A DNA stretch of 64,000 bases from Haplodiscus bocki (GCA_965655095.1 OZ296648.1:54374001-54438000); one strand, 5' to 3'; counted from the stretch's first letter, positions 38,375 through 52,899 are shown. Notes: a model not told the origin generated them from the sequence alone. A program made the numbers and translations.

Positions 38375-40129
38375 GACTACTCCGACGATGAACAACGCTG
38401 ATTTGCTGTAATTAATTTGAAATATGTGCGTTGACATTCGTTAACACAACCAAACAATGGCTGAAAGAGACACTCCAAGTAAAAGTAGATCACTACGGGA
38501 GAAAAGCAAAGTGATGCTATTCTTTAAATTCGACTTCAAGCAAAGTGAAAAGTTGCGACACAAGAACCTACCGAAGAACTTTTCGGTACCTTTTTCCATG
38601 AGACAAGAACGAGAACCGTGGATTCAATATAATGAAACTCTTGGCTATCGCCCACTTGCAATAAGTCCACGTCCATATCGCCCTCGGCCTGCTTCAAAAC
38701 TCATGGGTACAAAACATTTATCAATGCAGCGGAAAACAATCTTTCGGTAAAGTAGTGTTTCCAAGCGAGGCATTCGACCGAAATCCAACGGCAGTGAAAC
38801 TTTCCGTTCAAATATTGCGCCAGGATATTCCGTATCGGACATGTGTCGGGGTTTGATAGATTCCGATGACTGTCGCAGCAGGCGACAAAAAGGAAAGTTC
38901 CTGACGAAAACTTGTTTTATTGTAAATATGAGGAGTCCATATTGGTGATTTTGGTAGAAATGATGATCCACTTATCGGTTCCAAAGTAACAAATCTAACA
39001 TCAACATATTAAGTGGTCCAAAAACCAACAAATTCGGGACATCCGAAAACGAGTAGGGTAAGGAAAACTTTGGTTACGATTGCGAAAAATTTTGAATGTG
39101 ACACCCCAGCTTCATAAACGGTCTGCATGTGCTATCATAGAAAAGGTGCTTTTGTGTTTATATGGCGTGATAACATCAACTTTTGCCACATATTTTAAGT
39201 GCCGAGCAGTGTAATTTACTTTCTCCGCAACCAAACTAACGAAAGGGGACCTTAGATCCAAAATCATAGTAAGTATAACCCTTTGTTGGTTAAATCTTGT
39301 CAGTTGTTCAATTTTCTCAAACAGTATTTCTAATTGGAACGAATCTAGTTGCTTCACTGTCCTATTGCTTGACCGAAATCTTGCCGTACCAAAGTTTCAT
39401 CAGAGATAAGTTTCCGCTGGCATAGACAGCTCCGACCGTTGAATCAAAGTCAGACGAAAAGGATTAGTTCTCTTCGAATGCGTAATTGACTTTAGAAAAC
39501 GATATTCTTTCCCCCGCTTTGTTTACGCTTGAGATTTGATAACATGCTGCATCAACAACCACCTCTACCTGTCTCAGTTCAAACAACTCCACCATCTCTA
39601 TCTTTCCAGTCTAAATTGTTAGCCTTCTAAACTCTAAACTAAATTTTTAAAGTCTGCGTCAAATATGGCCTTGAGCCATACTCAAACTGGAACATCCACA
39701 TGTGTCCGACTGATCAAAATTTCCTCTAAGGCCCGCTTTAACTTACTTGTTCGGAACACCTTCTGTAGAATCAAAGTCAAACACGCGAAAATCGTTAAAT
39801 TGTTCTTGGAAGCTTCATTAAAGGCAGGAATGATTGAATTAGGAAATTGGCTGACTTTGGATCATTTACAAGACTTTACGAGGATGAGGGGCAACGAGAA
39901 TATGTAAAAATCCAGCCGATTTCTCACAACTCTAGGACCCCAGCTACGTGGACGAAAGTGCAAATTTCTTTTGCAGTCTGAATCAAGTTTACTAACGTTT
40001 CTAATTTTCTCCCCAACTGTATACCCTAAACTTCAACCTAGGCTTTTCTTTACCAAATGTGTTTTCAACGAAAGTATTTTTAGAAAAATTACCCAAAAAC
40101 TCGAAAATTAGCATACTAACGGGAATCAA

Positions 40130-40533
40130 ACAAAATGTTTGAGAAAAAAGCGGCAACTCTTTTTCAATGAAAAATGGGACACAGAGACAGTCAGCCCTAA
40201 ACACATAATGCGCAATAGAAACACAAGAGTCCACATAAATGGGAAGATACCTTTTGCAATGGTTCTTTCATGGGTTCAGACACTCCAAGTCGATAAATGG
40301 AAGACGGTCGCAAACGTGTTTGCATAGTGTGATAGGTAATACAAGTAGGTCTCAAAAAGGTATTTGTTGTTTCAGTTGCACAGAAGTAGTCGATGACTTC
40401 CTTGTTGGTCTGCTTTCTCTGAAATGACAATATTGAAAGTGTTAGGCTTACGAGCTAGCGGAAAACTTTTCCTGCATGTACTCCAAAAAACTTGCACTCC
40501 AAGTATTCGCACTTCATTATCATCGTTGTCAAA
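40130..40533 (-). pseudogene. Adenain-type protease pseudogene, copy 13
   Basis: Paralog of copy 12. Confidence 0.8.
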
Positions 40534-40563
40534 ACAATTTCGTCGTTCATCTTCGACAATTCA

Positions 40564-41687
40564 TTTCAGAATAGAAAAAGACTTTCTTTGAAAGTCTTTG
40601 GGGCGAAAAAAAAGGTTGAAGTACTTTTTACCAAGAAAAACATTGACGTACTGAATGCCAAAACGTTCTAGAAGAGCAATCTGAAAAGGATGCATTGGTA
40701 AACTCGTGATATAAGTAATCCTGCGATGTTTGCTGAGTACTGGTAGGATCCAACACCACCAGTAAATGATTTGAATGATGGCAATCCGCAAAACCATGAC
40801 CACGATTCCCAAAAGAAAGAGCTTCTAAAGAAGTAAAGTAGATCGTTTCGTCCGTATCTGTTATCACCTGTTCACCGGCGATGGGGCAGTCGTTACTAAA
40901 AACAGTGGTACTGCTCAACCCAAACTTTTGGCAGTGAAATAGGGTCTTTCGTGTAGCGCGAAGGAATCCAATAAATTTTGTCATTGCGAGAACTAATTTT
41001 CTTATAGGCTGTTCGTTGAAAATGCCTTCTTGGTGCCAATTATGTACATTAGAAGAAAGCAAAAAAGCTTTTGGTATTGTTTCAGTATAACTACACAATG
41101 CGTGCATCTTGGTGAGCGTAGTCTCAACGGAAATCTAAACAATATCTGCAACTATCAATTTGCCCACATACTATTTTGGTAAGGTATTGCTAAGTTTGTT
41201 ATCTTCTGCTTCAAAGTCAAAAATCAAGGTGATTCCCGGCCTGCCGCTCCGAAAAGATATTCGCAAAGCAATTCCACTCTAGATGTTTGTATCTGAAAAA
41301 ACATGTGCTACAAATTTTTGAAAAAAAAATAGAACCGATGAATTCTTGCCTTCCGTCTCTTTCTGTATGAAAGGTGATTCTGTGAATTAATAGGTTCCCA
41401 TTCCTAAATATTTCCCCTGGATTCCCCAAAAGTGTCATTAGGTTCCTGGTTGTGAGAAATTTCTGTTTCAGTAAAAGCTTTGTGTGCTTAATTTCCGTTT
41501 GCAGAGCAAGATTTTATCCAACTTGCCCTTAAAATGAAATGACAAAAAAACAACGAATGGAGCGCGTTTGTCGGAAATTCTGGCGTAATGCTGTTTGCAT
41601 CAGTTTTAGCGTTGTGAGGCAAATATGTACCATCTGATTTGCTATTTTTGCACTTTAGCTCCAGGTAAATGTTTTGTAGATCAACAA
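40564..41687 (-). pseudogene. Major capsid protein pseudogene, copy 13
   Basis: Fragment 40628-41107. Confidence 0.86.
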
Positions 41688-43227
41688 GACTACTTCGACG
41701 AGGAACAACGCTGATTTGCTGTAATTAATTGAAAAATGTGCGTTGACATTCGTTAACATAACCAAACAATGGCTGAACGAGAGACTCCAAGTAAAAGTAG
41801 ATCACTATGGGAGAAAACCAAACTGATGCTATTTTGTAAATTCGACTTCAAGCAAAGTGAAAAGTTGCCACACAAGAACCTACCGAAAAAGTTTTTGGTA
41901 CCTTTTTCCATGAGACAAGAACGAGAACCGTGGATTCAATATAATGAAACTCTTGGCTATCGCCCACTTGCAATAAGTCCACGTCCATATCGCCCTCGGC
42001 CTGCTTCAAAACTCATGGGTACAAAACATTTATCAATGCAGCGGAAAACAATCTTTCGGTAAAGTAGTGTTTCCAAGCGAGGCATTCGACCGAAATCCAA
42101 CGGCAGTGAAACTTTCCGTTCAAATATTGCGCCAGGACATTCCGAATCGGACATGCGTCGGAGTTTGATAGATTCCGATGACTGTCGCAGCAGGCGACAA
42201 AGAGGAAAGGTCCTGACGAAAACTTATGTTTTATTGTAAATATGAGGAGTCCATATTGGTGATTTTGGTAGAAATGATGATCCAAAAATTGGTTCAAAGG
42301 TAACAAATCTAACATCAACTCGGGACATCCGAAAACGAGTAGGGTAGGGAAAACTTTGGTTATGATTGCGAAAAATTTTGAATGTGAGACCCTAGCTTCA
42401 TAAACGGTCTGCAAGTGCTATCATAGAAAAGGTGCTTTTGTGTTTATATGGCGTGATAACATCAACTTTTGCCACATATTTTAAGTGCCGAGCAGTGTAA
42501 TTTACTTTCTCCGCAACCAAACTAACGAAAGGGGACCTTAGATCCAAAATCATAGGAAGTATAACCCTTTGTTGGTTAAATCTTGTCAGTTGTTTAAATT
42601 TCTCAAACAGTATTTCTAATTGGACCGAATCTAGTTGCTTCACTGTCCTATTGCTTGACCGAACTCTTGCCGTACCAAAGTTTCATCAGAAATAAGTTTT
42701 CGCTGGCATAGACAGCTCCGACCGTTGAATCAAAGTCAGATGAAAAGGATTAGTTCTCTTTGAATGCCTTGAGCCATACTCAAACTGGAACATCCACATG
42801 TGTCCGACTGATCAAAATTTCCTCTAAGGCCCGCTTTAACTCACTTGTTCGGAACACCTTCTGTAAAATCAAAGTCAAACACGCGAAAATCGTTAAATTG
42901 TTCTTGGAAGCTTCATTAAAGGCAGGAATGATTGAATTAGGAAATTGGCTGACTTTGGATCATTTACAAGACTTTACGAGGATGAGGGGCAACGAGAATA
43001 TGTAAAAATCCAGCCGATTTCTCACAACTCTAGGACCCCAGCTACGTGGACGAAAATGCAAATTTCTTTTGCAGTCTGAATCAAGTTTACTAACGTTTCT
43101 AATTTTCTCCCCAACTGTATACTCTAAACTTCAACCTAGGCTTTTCTTTACAAAATGTGTTTTCAACAAAAGAATTTTTAGAAAAATTACTCAAAAACTC
43201 GAAAATTAGCATACTAACGGGAATCAA

Positions 43228-43631
43228 ACAAAATGTTTGAGAAAAAAGCGGCAACTCTTTTTCAATGAAAAATGGGACACAGAGACAGTCAGCCCTAAAC
43301 ACATAATGCGCAATAGAAACACAAGAGTCCACATAAATGGGAAGATACCTTTTGCAATGGTTCTTTCATGGGTTCAGACACTCCAAGTCGATAAATGGAA
43401 GACGGTCGCAAACGTGTTTGCATAGTGTGATAGGTAATACAAGTAGGTCTCAAAAAGGTATTTGTTGTTTCAGTTGCACAGAAGTAGCCGATGACTTCCT
43501 TGTTGGTCTGCTTTCTCTGAAATGACAATATTGAAAGTGTTAGGCTTACGAGCTAGCGGAAAACTTTTCCTGCATGTACTCCAAAAAACTTGCACTCCAA
43601 GTATTCGCACTTCATTATCATCGTTGTCAAA
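43228..43631 (-). pseudogene. Adenain-type protease pseudogene, copy 14
   Basis: Paralog of copy 13. Confidence 0.8.
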
Positions 43632-43661
43632 ACAATTTCGTCGTTCATCTTCGACAATTCA

Positions 43662-44785
43662 TTTCAGAATAGAAAAAGACTTTCTTTGAAACTCTTTGGG
43701 GCGAAAAAAAAGGTTGAAGTACTTTTTACCAAGAAAAACATTGACGTACTGAATGCCAAAACGTTCTAGAAGAGCAATCTGAAAAGGATGCATTGGTAAA
43801 CTCGTGATATAAGTAATCCTGCGATGTTTGCTGAGTACTGGTAGGATCCAACACCACCAGTAAATGATTTGAATGATGGCAATCCGCAAAACCATGACCA
43901 CGATTCCCAAAAGAAAGAGCTTCTAAAGAAGTAAAGTAGATCGTTTCGTCCGTATCTGTTATCACCTGTTCACCGGCGATGGGGCAGTCGTTACTAAAAA
44001 CAGTGGTACTGCTCAACCCAAACTTTTGGCAGTGAAATAGGGTCTTTCGTGTAGCGCGAAGGAATCCAATAAATTTTGTCATTGCGAGAACTAATTTTCT
44101 TATAGGCTGTTCGTTGAAAATGCCTTCTTGGTGCCAATTATGTACATTAGAAGAAAGCAAAAAAGCTTTTGGTATTGTTTCAGTATAACTACACAATGCG
44201 TGCATCTTGGTGAGCGTAGTCTCAACGGAAATCTAAACAATATCTGCAACTATCAATTTGCCCACATACTATTTTGGTAAGGTATTGCTAAGTTTGTTAT
44301 CTTCTGCTTCAAAGTCAAAAATCAAGGTGATTCCCGGCCTGCCGCTCCGAAAAGATATTCGCAAAGCAATTCCACTCTAGATGTTTGTATCTGAAAAAAC
44401 ATGTGCTACAAATTTTTGAAAAAAAAATAGAACCGATGAATTCTTGCCTTCCGTCTCTTTCTGTATGAAAGGTGATTCTGTGAATTAATAGGTTCCCATT
44501 CCTAAATATTTCCCCTGGATTCCCCAAAAGTGTCATTAGGTTCCTGGTTGTGAGAAATTTCTGTTTCAGTAAAAGCTTTGTGTGCTTAATTTCCGTTTGC
44601 AGAGCAAGATTTTATCCAACTTGCCCTTAAATTGAAATGACAAAAAAACAACGAATGGAGCGCGTTTGTCGGAAATTCTGGCGTAATGCTGTTTGCATCA
44701 GTTTTAGCGTTGTGAGGCAAATATGTACCATCTGATTTGCTATTTTTGCACTTTAGCTCCAGGTAAATGTTTTGTAGATCAACAA
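43662..44785 (-). pseudogene. Major capsid protein pseudogene, copy 14
   Basis: Fragment 43726-44205. Confidence 0.86.
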
Positions 44786-46513
44786 GATTACTTCGACGAG
44801 GAACAACGCTGATTTGCTGTAATTAATTGAAAAATGTGCGTTGACATTCGTTAACATAACCAAACAATGGCTGAACGAGAGACTCCAAGTAAAAGTAGAT
44901 CACTATGGGAGAAAACCAAACTGATGCTATTTTGTAAATTCGACCTCAAGCAAAGTGAAAAGTTGCCACACAAGAACCTACCGAAAAAGTTTTTGGTACC
45001 TTTTTCCATGAGACAAGAACGAGAACCGTGGATTCAATATAATGAAACTCTTGGCTATCGCCCACTTGCAATAATTCCACGTCGATATCGCCCTCGGCCT
45101 GCTTCAATACTCATGGGTACAAAACATTTATCAATGCAGCGGAAAACAATCTTTCGGTAAAGTAGTGTTTCCAAGCGAGGCATTCGACCGAAATCCAACG
45201 GCAGTGAAACTTTCCGTTCAAATATTGCTCCACGACATTCCGAATCGGACATGTGTCGGAGTTTGATAGATTCCGATGACTGTCGCAGCAGGCGACAAAG
45301 AGGAAAGGTCCTGACGAAAACTTATGTTTTATTGTAAATATGAGGAGTCCATATTGGTGATTTTGGTAGAAATGATGATCCAAAAATCGGTTCAAATGTA
45401 ACAAATCTAACATCAACTCGGGACATCCGAAAACGAGTAGGGTAGGGAAAACTTTGGTTATGATTGCGAAAAATTTTGAATGTGAGACCCTAGCTTCATA
45501 AACGGTCTGCAAGTGCTATCATAGAAAAGGTGCTTTTGTGTTTATATGGCGTGATAACATCAACTTTTGCCACATATTTTAAGTGCCGAGCAGTGTAATT
45601 TACTTTCTCCGCAACCAAACTAACGAAAGGGGACCTTAGATCCAAAATCATAGGAAGTATAACCCTTTGTTGGTTAAATCTTGTCAGTTGTTTAAATTTC
45701 TCAAACAGTATTTCTAATTGGAACGAATCTAGTTGCTTCACTGTCCTATTGCTTGACCGAAATCTTGCCGTACCAAAGTTTCATCAGAGATAAGTTTCCG
45801 CTGGCATAGACAGCTCCGACCGTTGAATCAAAGTCAGACGAAAAGGATTAGTTCTCTTCGAATGCGTAATTGACTTTAGAAAACGATATTCTTTCCCCCG
45901 CTTTGTTTACGCTTGAGATTTGATAACATGCTGCATCAACAACCACCTCTACCTGTCTCAGTTCAAACAACTCCACCATCTCTATCTTTCCAGTCTAAAT
46001 TGTTAGCCTTCTAAACTCTAAACTAAATTTTTAAAGTCTGCGTCAAATATGGCCTTGAGCCATACTCAAACTGGAACATCCACATGTGTCCGACTGATCA
46101 AAATTTCCTCTAAGGCCCGCTTTAACTTACTTGTTCGGAACACCTTCTGTAGAATCAAAGTCAAACACGCGAAAATCGTTAAATTGTTCTTGGAAGCTTC
46201 ATTAAAGGCAGGAATGATTGAATTAGGAAATTGGCTGACTTTGGATCATTTACAAGACTTTACGAGGATGAGGGGCAACGAGAATATGTAAAAATCCAGC
46301 CGATTTCTCACAACTCTAGGACCCCAGCTACGTGGACGAAAGTGCAAATTTCTTTTGCAGTCTGAATCAAGTTTACTAACGTTTCTAATTTTCTCCCCAA
46401 CTGTATACCCTAAACTTCAACCTAGGCTTTTCTTTACCAAATGTGTTTTCAACGAAAGTATTTTTAGAAAAATTACCCAAAAACTCGAAAATTAGCATAC
46501 TAACGGGAATCAA

Positions 46514-46917
46514 ACAAAATGTTTGAGAAAAAAGCGGCAACTCTTTTTCAATGAAAAATGGGACACAGAGACAGTCAGCCCTAAACACATAATGCGCAAT
46601 AGAAACACAAGAGTCCACATAAATGGGAAGATACCTTTTGCAATGGTTCTTTCATGGGTTCAGACACTCCAAGTCGATAAATGGAAGACGGTCGCAAACG
46701 TGTTTGCATAGTGTGATAGGTAATACAAGTAGGTCTCAAAAAGGTATTTGTTGTTTCAGTTGCACAGAAGTAGTCGATGACTTCCTTGTTGGTCTGCTTT
46801 CTCTGAAATGACAATATTGAAAGTGTTAGGCTTACGAGCTAGCGGAAAACTTTTCCTGCATGTACTCCAAAAAACTTGCACTCCAAGTATTCGCACTTCA
46901 TTATCATCGTTGTCAAA
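46514..46917 (-). pseudogene. Adenain-type protease pseudogene, copy 15
   Basis: Equals copy 13 at +6384. Confidence 0.8.
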
Positions 46918-46947
46918 ACAATTTCGTCGTTCATCTTCGACAATTCA

Positions 46948-48071
46948 TTTCAGAATAGAAAAAGACTTTCTTTGAAAGTCTTTGGGGCGAAAAAAAAGGT
47001 TGAAGTACTTTTTACCAAGAAAAACATTGACGTACTGAATGCCAAAACGTTCTAGAAGAGCAATCTGAAAAGGATGCATTGGTAAACTCGTGATATAAGT
47101 AATCCTGCGATGTTTGCTGAGTACTGGTAGGATCCAACACCACCAGTAAATGATTTGAATGATGGCAATCCGCAAAACCATGACCACGATTCCCAAAAGA
47201 AAGAGCTTCTAAAGAAGTAAAGTAGATCGTTTCGTCCGTATCTGTTATCACCTGTTCACCGGCGATGGGGCAGTCGTTACTAAAAACAGTGGTACTGCTC
47301 AACCCAAACTTTTGGCAGTGAAATAGGGTCTTTCGTGTAGCGCGAAGGAATCCAATAAATTTTGTCATTGCGAGAACTAATTTTCTTATAGGCTGTTCGT
47401 TGAAAATGCCTTCTTGGTGCCAATTATGTACATTAGAAGAAAGCAAAAAAGCTTTTGGTATTGTTTCAGTATAACTACACAATGCGTGCATCTTGGTGAG
47501 CGTAGTCTCAACGGAAATCTAAACAATATCTGCAACTATCAATTTGCCCACATACTATTTTGGTAAGGTATTGCTAAGTTTGTTATCTTCTGCTTCAAAG
47601 TCAAAAATCAAGGTGATTCCCGGCCTGCCGCTCCGAAAAGATATTCGCAAAGCAATTCCACTCTAGATGTTTGTATCTGAAAAAACATGTGCTACAAATT
47701 TTTGAAAAAAAAATAGAACCGATGAATTCTTGCCTTCCGTCTCTTTCTGTATGAAAGGTGATTCTGTGAATTAATAGGTTCCCATTCCTAAATATTTCCC
47801 CTGGATTCCCCAAAAGTGTCATTAGGTTCCTGGTTGTGAGAAATTTCTGTTTCAGTAAAAGCTTTGTGTGCTTAATTTCCGTTTGCAGAGCAAGATTTTA
47901 TCCAACTTGCCCTTAAAATGAAATGACAAAAAAACAACGAATGGAGCGCGTTTGTCGGAAATTCTGGCGTAATGCTGTTTGCATCAGTTTTAGCGTTGTG
48001 AGGCAAATATGTACCATCTGATTTGCTATTTTTGCACTTTAGCTCCAGGTAAATGTTTTGTAGATCAACAA
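46948..48071 (-). pseudogene. Major capsid protein pseudogene, copy 15
   Basis: Equals copy 13 at +6384. Confidence 0.86.
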
Positions 48072-49611
48072 GACTACTTCGACGAGGAACAACGCTGATT
48101 TGCTGTAATTAATTGAAAAATGTGCGTTGACATTCGTTAACATAACCAAACAATGGCTGAACGAGAGACTCCAAGTAAAAGTAGATCACTATGGGAGAAA
48201 ACCAAACTGATGCTATTTTGTAAATTCGACTTCAAGCAAAGTGAAAAGTTGCCACACAAGAACCTACCGAAAAAGTTTTTGGTACCTTTTTCCATGAGAC
48301 AAGAACGAGAACCGTGGATTCAATATAATGAAACTCTTGGCTATCGCCCACTTGCAATAAGTCCACGTCCATATCGCCCTCGGCCTGCTTCAAAACTCAT
48401 GGGTACAAAACATTTATCAATGCAGCGGAAAACAATCTTTCGGTAAAGTAGTGTTTCCAAGCGAGGCATTCGACCGAAATCCAACGGCAGTGAAACTTTC
48501 CGTTCAAATATTGCGCCAGGACATTCCGAATCGGACATGCGTCGGAGTTTGATAGATTCCGATGACTGTCGCAGCAGGCGACAAAGAGGAAAGGTCCTGA
48601 CGAAAACTTATGTTTTATTGTAAATATGAGGAGTCCATATTGGTGATTTTGGTAGAAATGATGATCCAAAAATTGGTTCAAAGGTAACAAATCTAACATC
48701 AACTCGGGACATCCGAAAACGAGTAGGGTAGGGAAAACTTTGGTTATGATTGCGAAAAATTTTGAATGTGAGACCCTAGCTTCATAAACGGTCTGCAAGT
48801 GCTATCATAGAAAAGGTGCTTTTGTGTTTATATGGCGTGATAACATCAACTTTTGCCACATATTTTAAGTGCCGAGCAGTGTAATTTACTTTCTCCGCAA
48901 CCAAACTAACGAAAGGGGACCTTAGATCCAAAATCATAGGAAGTATAACCCTTTGTTGGTTAAATCTTGTCAGTTGTTTAAATTTCTCAAACAGTATTTC
49001 TAATTGGACCGAATCTAGTTGCTTCACTGTCCTATTGCTTGACCGAACTCTTGCCGTACCAAAGTTTCATCAGAAATAAGTTTTCGCTGGCATAGACAGC
49101 TCCGACCGTTGAATCAAAGTCAGATGAAAAGGATTAGTTCTCTTTGAATGCCTTGAGCCATACTCAAACTGGAACATCCACATGTGTCCGACTGATCAAA
49201 ATTTCCTCTAAGGCCCGCTTTAACTCACTTGTTCGGAACACCTTCTGTAAAATCAAAGTCAAACACGCGAAAATCGTTAAATTGTTCTTGGAAGCTTCAT
49301 TAAAGGCAGGAATGATTGAATTAGGAAATTGGCTGACTTTGGATCATTTACAAGACTTTACGAGGATGAGGGGCAACGAGAATATGTAAAAATCCAGCCG
49401 ATTTCTCACAACTCTAGGACCCCAGCTACGTGGACGAAAATGCAAATTTCTTTTGCAGTCTGAATCAAGTTTACTAACGTTTCTAATTTTCTCCCCAACT
49501 GTATACTCTAAACTTCAACCTAGGCTTTTCTTTACAAAATGTGTTTTCAACAAAAGAATTTTTAGAAAAATTACTCAAAAACTCGAAAATTAGCATACTA
49601 ACGGGAATCAA

Positions 49612-50015
49612 ACAAAATGTTTGAGAAAAAAGCGGCAACTCTTTTTCAATGAAAAATGGGACACAGAGACAGTCAGCCCTAAACACATAATGCGCAATAG
49701 AAACACAAGAGTCCACATAAATGGGAAGATACCTTTTGCAATGGTTCTTTCATGGGTTCAGACACTCCAAGTCGATAAATGGAAGACGGTCGCAAACGTG
49801 TTTGCATAGTGTGATAGGTAATACAAGTAGGTCTCAAAAAGGTATTTGTTGTTTCAGTTGCACAGAAGTAGCCGATGACTTCCTTGTTGGTCTGCTTTCT
49901 CTGAAATGACAATATTGAAAGTGTTAGGCTTACGAGCTAGCGGAAAACTTTTCCTGCATGTACTCCAAAAAACTTGCACTCCAAGTATTCGCACTTCATT
50001 ATCATCGTTGTCAAA
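49612..50015 (-). pseudogene. Adenain-type protease pseudogene, copy 16
   Basis: Equals copy 14 at +6384. Confidence 0.8.
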
Positions 50016-50045
50016 ACAATTTCGTCGTTCATCTTCGACAATTCA

Positions 50046-51169
50046 TTTCAGAATAGAAAAAGACTTTCTTTGAAACTCTTTGGGGCGAAAAAAAAGGTTG
50101 AAGTACTTTTTACCAAGAAAAACATTGACGTACTGAATGCCAAAACGTTCTAGAAGAGCAATCTGAAAAGGATGCATTGGTAAACTCGTGATATAAGTAA
50201 TCCTGCGATGTTTGCTGAGTACTGGTAGGATCCAACACCACCAGTAAATGATTTGAATGATGGCAATCCGCAAAACCATGACCACGATTCCCAAAAGAAA
50301 GAGCTTCTAAAGAAGTAAAGTAGATCGTTTCGTCCGTATCTGTTATCACCTGTTCACCGGCGATGGGGCAGTCGTTACTAAAAACAGTGGTACTGCTCAA
50401 CCCAAACTTTTGGCAGTGAAATAGGGTCTTTCGTGTAGCGCGAAGGAATCCAATAAATTTTGTCATTGCGAGAACTAATTTTCTTATAGGCTGTTCGTTG
50501 AAAATGCCTTCTTGGTGCCAATTATGTACATTAGAAGAAAGCAAAAAAGCTTTTGGTATTGTTTCAGTATAACTACACAATGCGTGCATCTTGGTGAGCG
50601 TAGTCTCAACGGAAATCTAAACAATATCTGCAACTATCAATTTGCCCACATACTATTTTGGTAAGGTATTGCTAAGTTTGTTATCTTCTGCTTCAAAGTC
50701 AAAAATCAAGGTGATTCCCGGCCTGCCGCTCCGAAAAGATATTCGCAAAGCAATTCCACTCTAGATGTTTGTATCTGAAAAAACATGTGCTACAAATTTT
50801 TGAAAAAAAAATAGAACCGATGAATTCTTGCCTTCCGTCTCTTTCTGTATGAAAGGTGATTCTGTGAATTAATAGGTTCCCATTCCTAAATATTTCCCCT
50901 GGATTCCCCAAAAGTGTCATTAGGTTCCTGGTTGTGAGAAATTTCTGTTTCAGTAAAAGCTTTGTGTGCTTAATTTCCGTTTGCAGAGCAAGATTTTATC
51001 CAACTTGCCCTTAAATTGAAATGACAAAAAAACAACGAATGGAGCGCGTTTGTCGGAAATTCTGGCGTAATGCTGTTTGCATCAGTTTTAGCGTTGTGAG
51101 GCAAATATGTACCATCTGATTTGCTATTTTTGCACTTTAGCTCCAGGTAAATGTTTTGTAGATCAACAA
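50046..51169 (-). pseudogene. Major capsid protein pseudogene, copy 16
   Basis: Equals copy 14 at +6384. Confidence 0.86.
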
Positions 51170-52899
51170 GATTACTTCGACGAGGAACAACGCTGATTTG
51201 CTGTAATTAATTGAAAAATGTGCGTTGACATTCGTTAACATAACCAAACAATGGCTGAACGAGAGACTCCAAGTAAAAGTAGATCACTATGGGAGAAAAC
51301 CAAACTGATGCTATTTTGTAAATTCGACCTCAAGCAAAGTGAAAAGTTGCCACACAAGAACCTACCGAAAAAGTTTTTGGTACCTTTTTCCATGAGACAA
51401 GAACGAGAACCGTGGATTCAATATAATGAAACTCTTGGCTATCGCCCACTTGCAATAATTCCACGTCGATATCGCCCTCGGCCTGCTTCAATACTCATGG
51501 GTACAAAACATTTATCAATGCAGCGGAAAACAATCTTTCGGTAAAGTAGTGTTTCCAAGCGAGGCATTCGACCGAAATCCAACGGCAGTGAAACTTTCCG
51601 TTCAAATATTGCTCCACGACATTCCGAATCGGACATGTGTCGGAGTTTGATAGATTCCGATGACTGTCGCAGCAGGCGACAAAGAGGAAAGGTCCTGACG
51701 AAAACTTATGTTTTATTGTAAATATGAGGAGTCCATATTGGTGATTTTGGTAGAAATGATGATCCAAAAATCGGTTCAAATGTAACAAATCTAACATCAA
51801 CTCGGGACATCCGAAAACGAGTAGGGTAAGGAAAACTTTGGTTATGATTGCGAAAAATTTTGAATGTGAGACCCTAGCTTCATAAACGGTCTGCAAGTGC
51901 TATCATAGGAAAGGTGCTTTTGTGTTTATATGGCGTGATAACATCAACTTTTGCCACATATTTTAAGTGCCGAGCAGTGTAATTTACTTTCTCCGCAACC
52001 AAACTAACGAAAGGGGACCTTAGATCCAAAATCATAGGAAGTAAAACCCTTTGTTGGTTAAATCTTGTCAGTTGTTTAAATTTCTCAAACAGTATTTCTA
52101 ATTGGACCGAATCTAGTTGCTTCACTGTCCTATTGCTTGACCGAACTCTTGCCGTACCAAAGTTTCATCAGAAATAAGTTTTCGCTGCCATAGACAGCTC
52201 CGACCGTTGAATCAAAGTCAGATGAAAAGGATTAGTTCTCTTTGAATGCGTAATTGACTTCAGAAAATGATACTCTTTCCCCCGCTTTATTTACGTTTGA
52301 GATTTGATAACATGTTGCATCGAGAACCACCTCTACTTGCCTCAGTTCAGTCATTTCCACTATCTCTATGTTTCCAGTCTTAACTATTAGCCTTCTAAAG
52401 TCTAAATTAAATATTTGAAGTTTGCGTCAAATATGGCCTTGAGCCATACTCGAACTGGAACATCCACATGTGTCCGATTGATCAAATTTTCATCTGAGGC
52501 CCGCTTTAACTCAGACTTGTTCAGAACATCTTCTATAGAATCAAAGTCAAACACGCGAAAATCGTTCAATTGTTCTTGGAAGCTTCATAAAAGGCAGGAA
52601 TGATTGAATTACGAAATTGGCTGACTTTGCATCATTTACAAGACTTTAGGAGGAGGAGGGGCAAAGAGAATATGTAAAAATCCAGCCGATTTCTTACAAC
52701 TCTAGGACCCCAGCTACTTGGAAGAAAGTGCAAATTTCGTTTGCAATCTGAATCAAGTTTACTAACGTTTCTAATTCTCTCCCCAACTGTATACCCTAAA
52801 CTTCAACCTAGGCTTTCCTTTACCAAATGTGTTTTCAACAAAAGTATTTTTAGAAAAATTACCCAAAAACTCGAAAACTAGCACACTAACGGGAATCAA

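Larger units (their letters stand above)
39315..51828. repeat. Higher-order dimer repeat, period 6384 bp (3286 + 3098)
   Basis: ORFs from 39665 to 45252 recur with identical translation exactly 6384 bp downstream, and the 188-bp deletion is shared (42767 and 49151). Confidence 0.95.

Noticed and set aside
38457-38750. Plus-strand 97-aa ORF MAER[D/E]TPSKSRSL.., open in five right-hand units (and 125 aa at 8200), as a de novo gene
   Set aside because: It has a good ATG context but no recognisable motif. It is broken by TGA or frameshift in most other units, and four of the open copies are near-identical recent duplicates, so they are not independent evidence.
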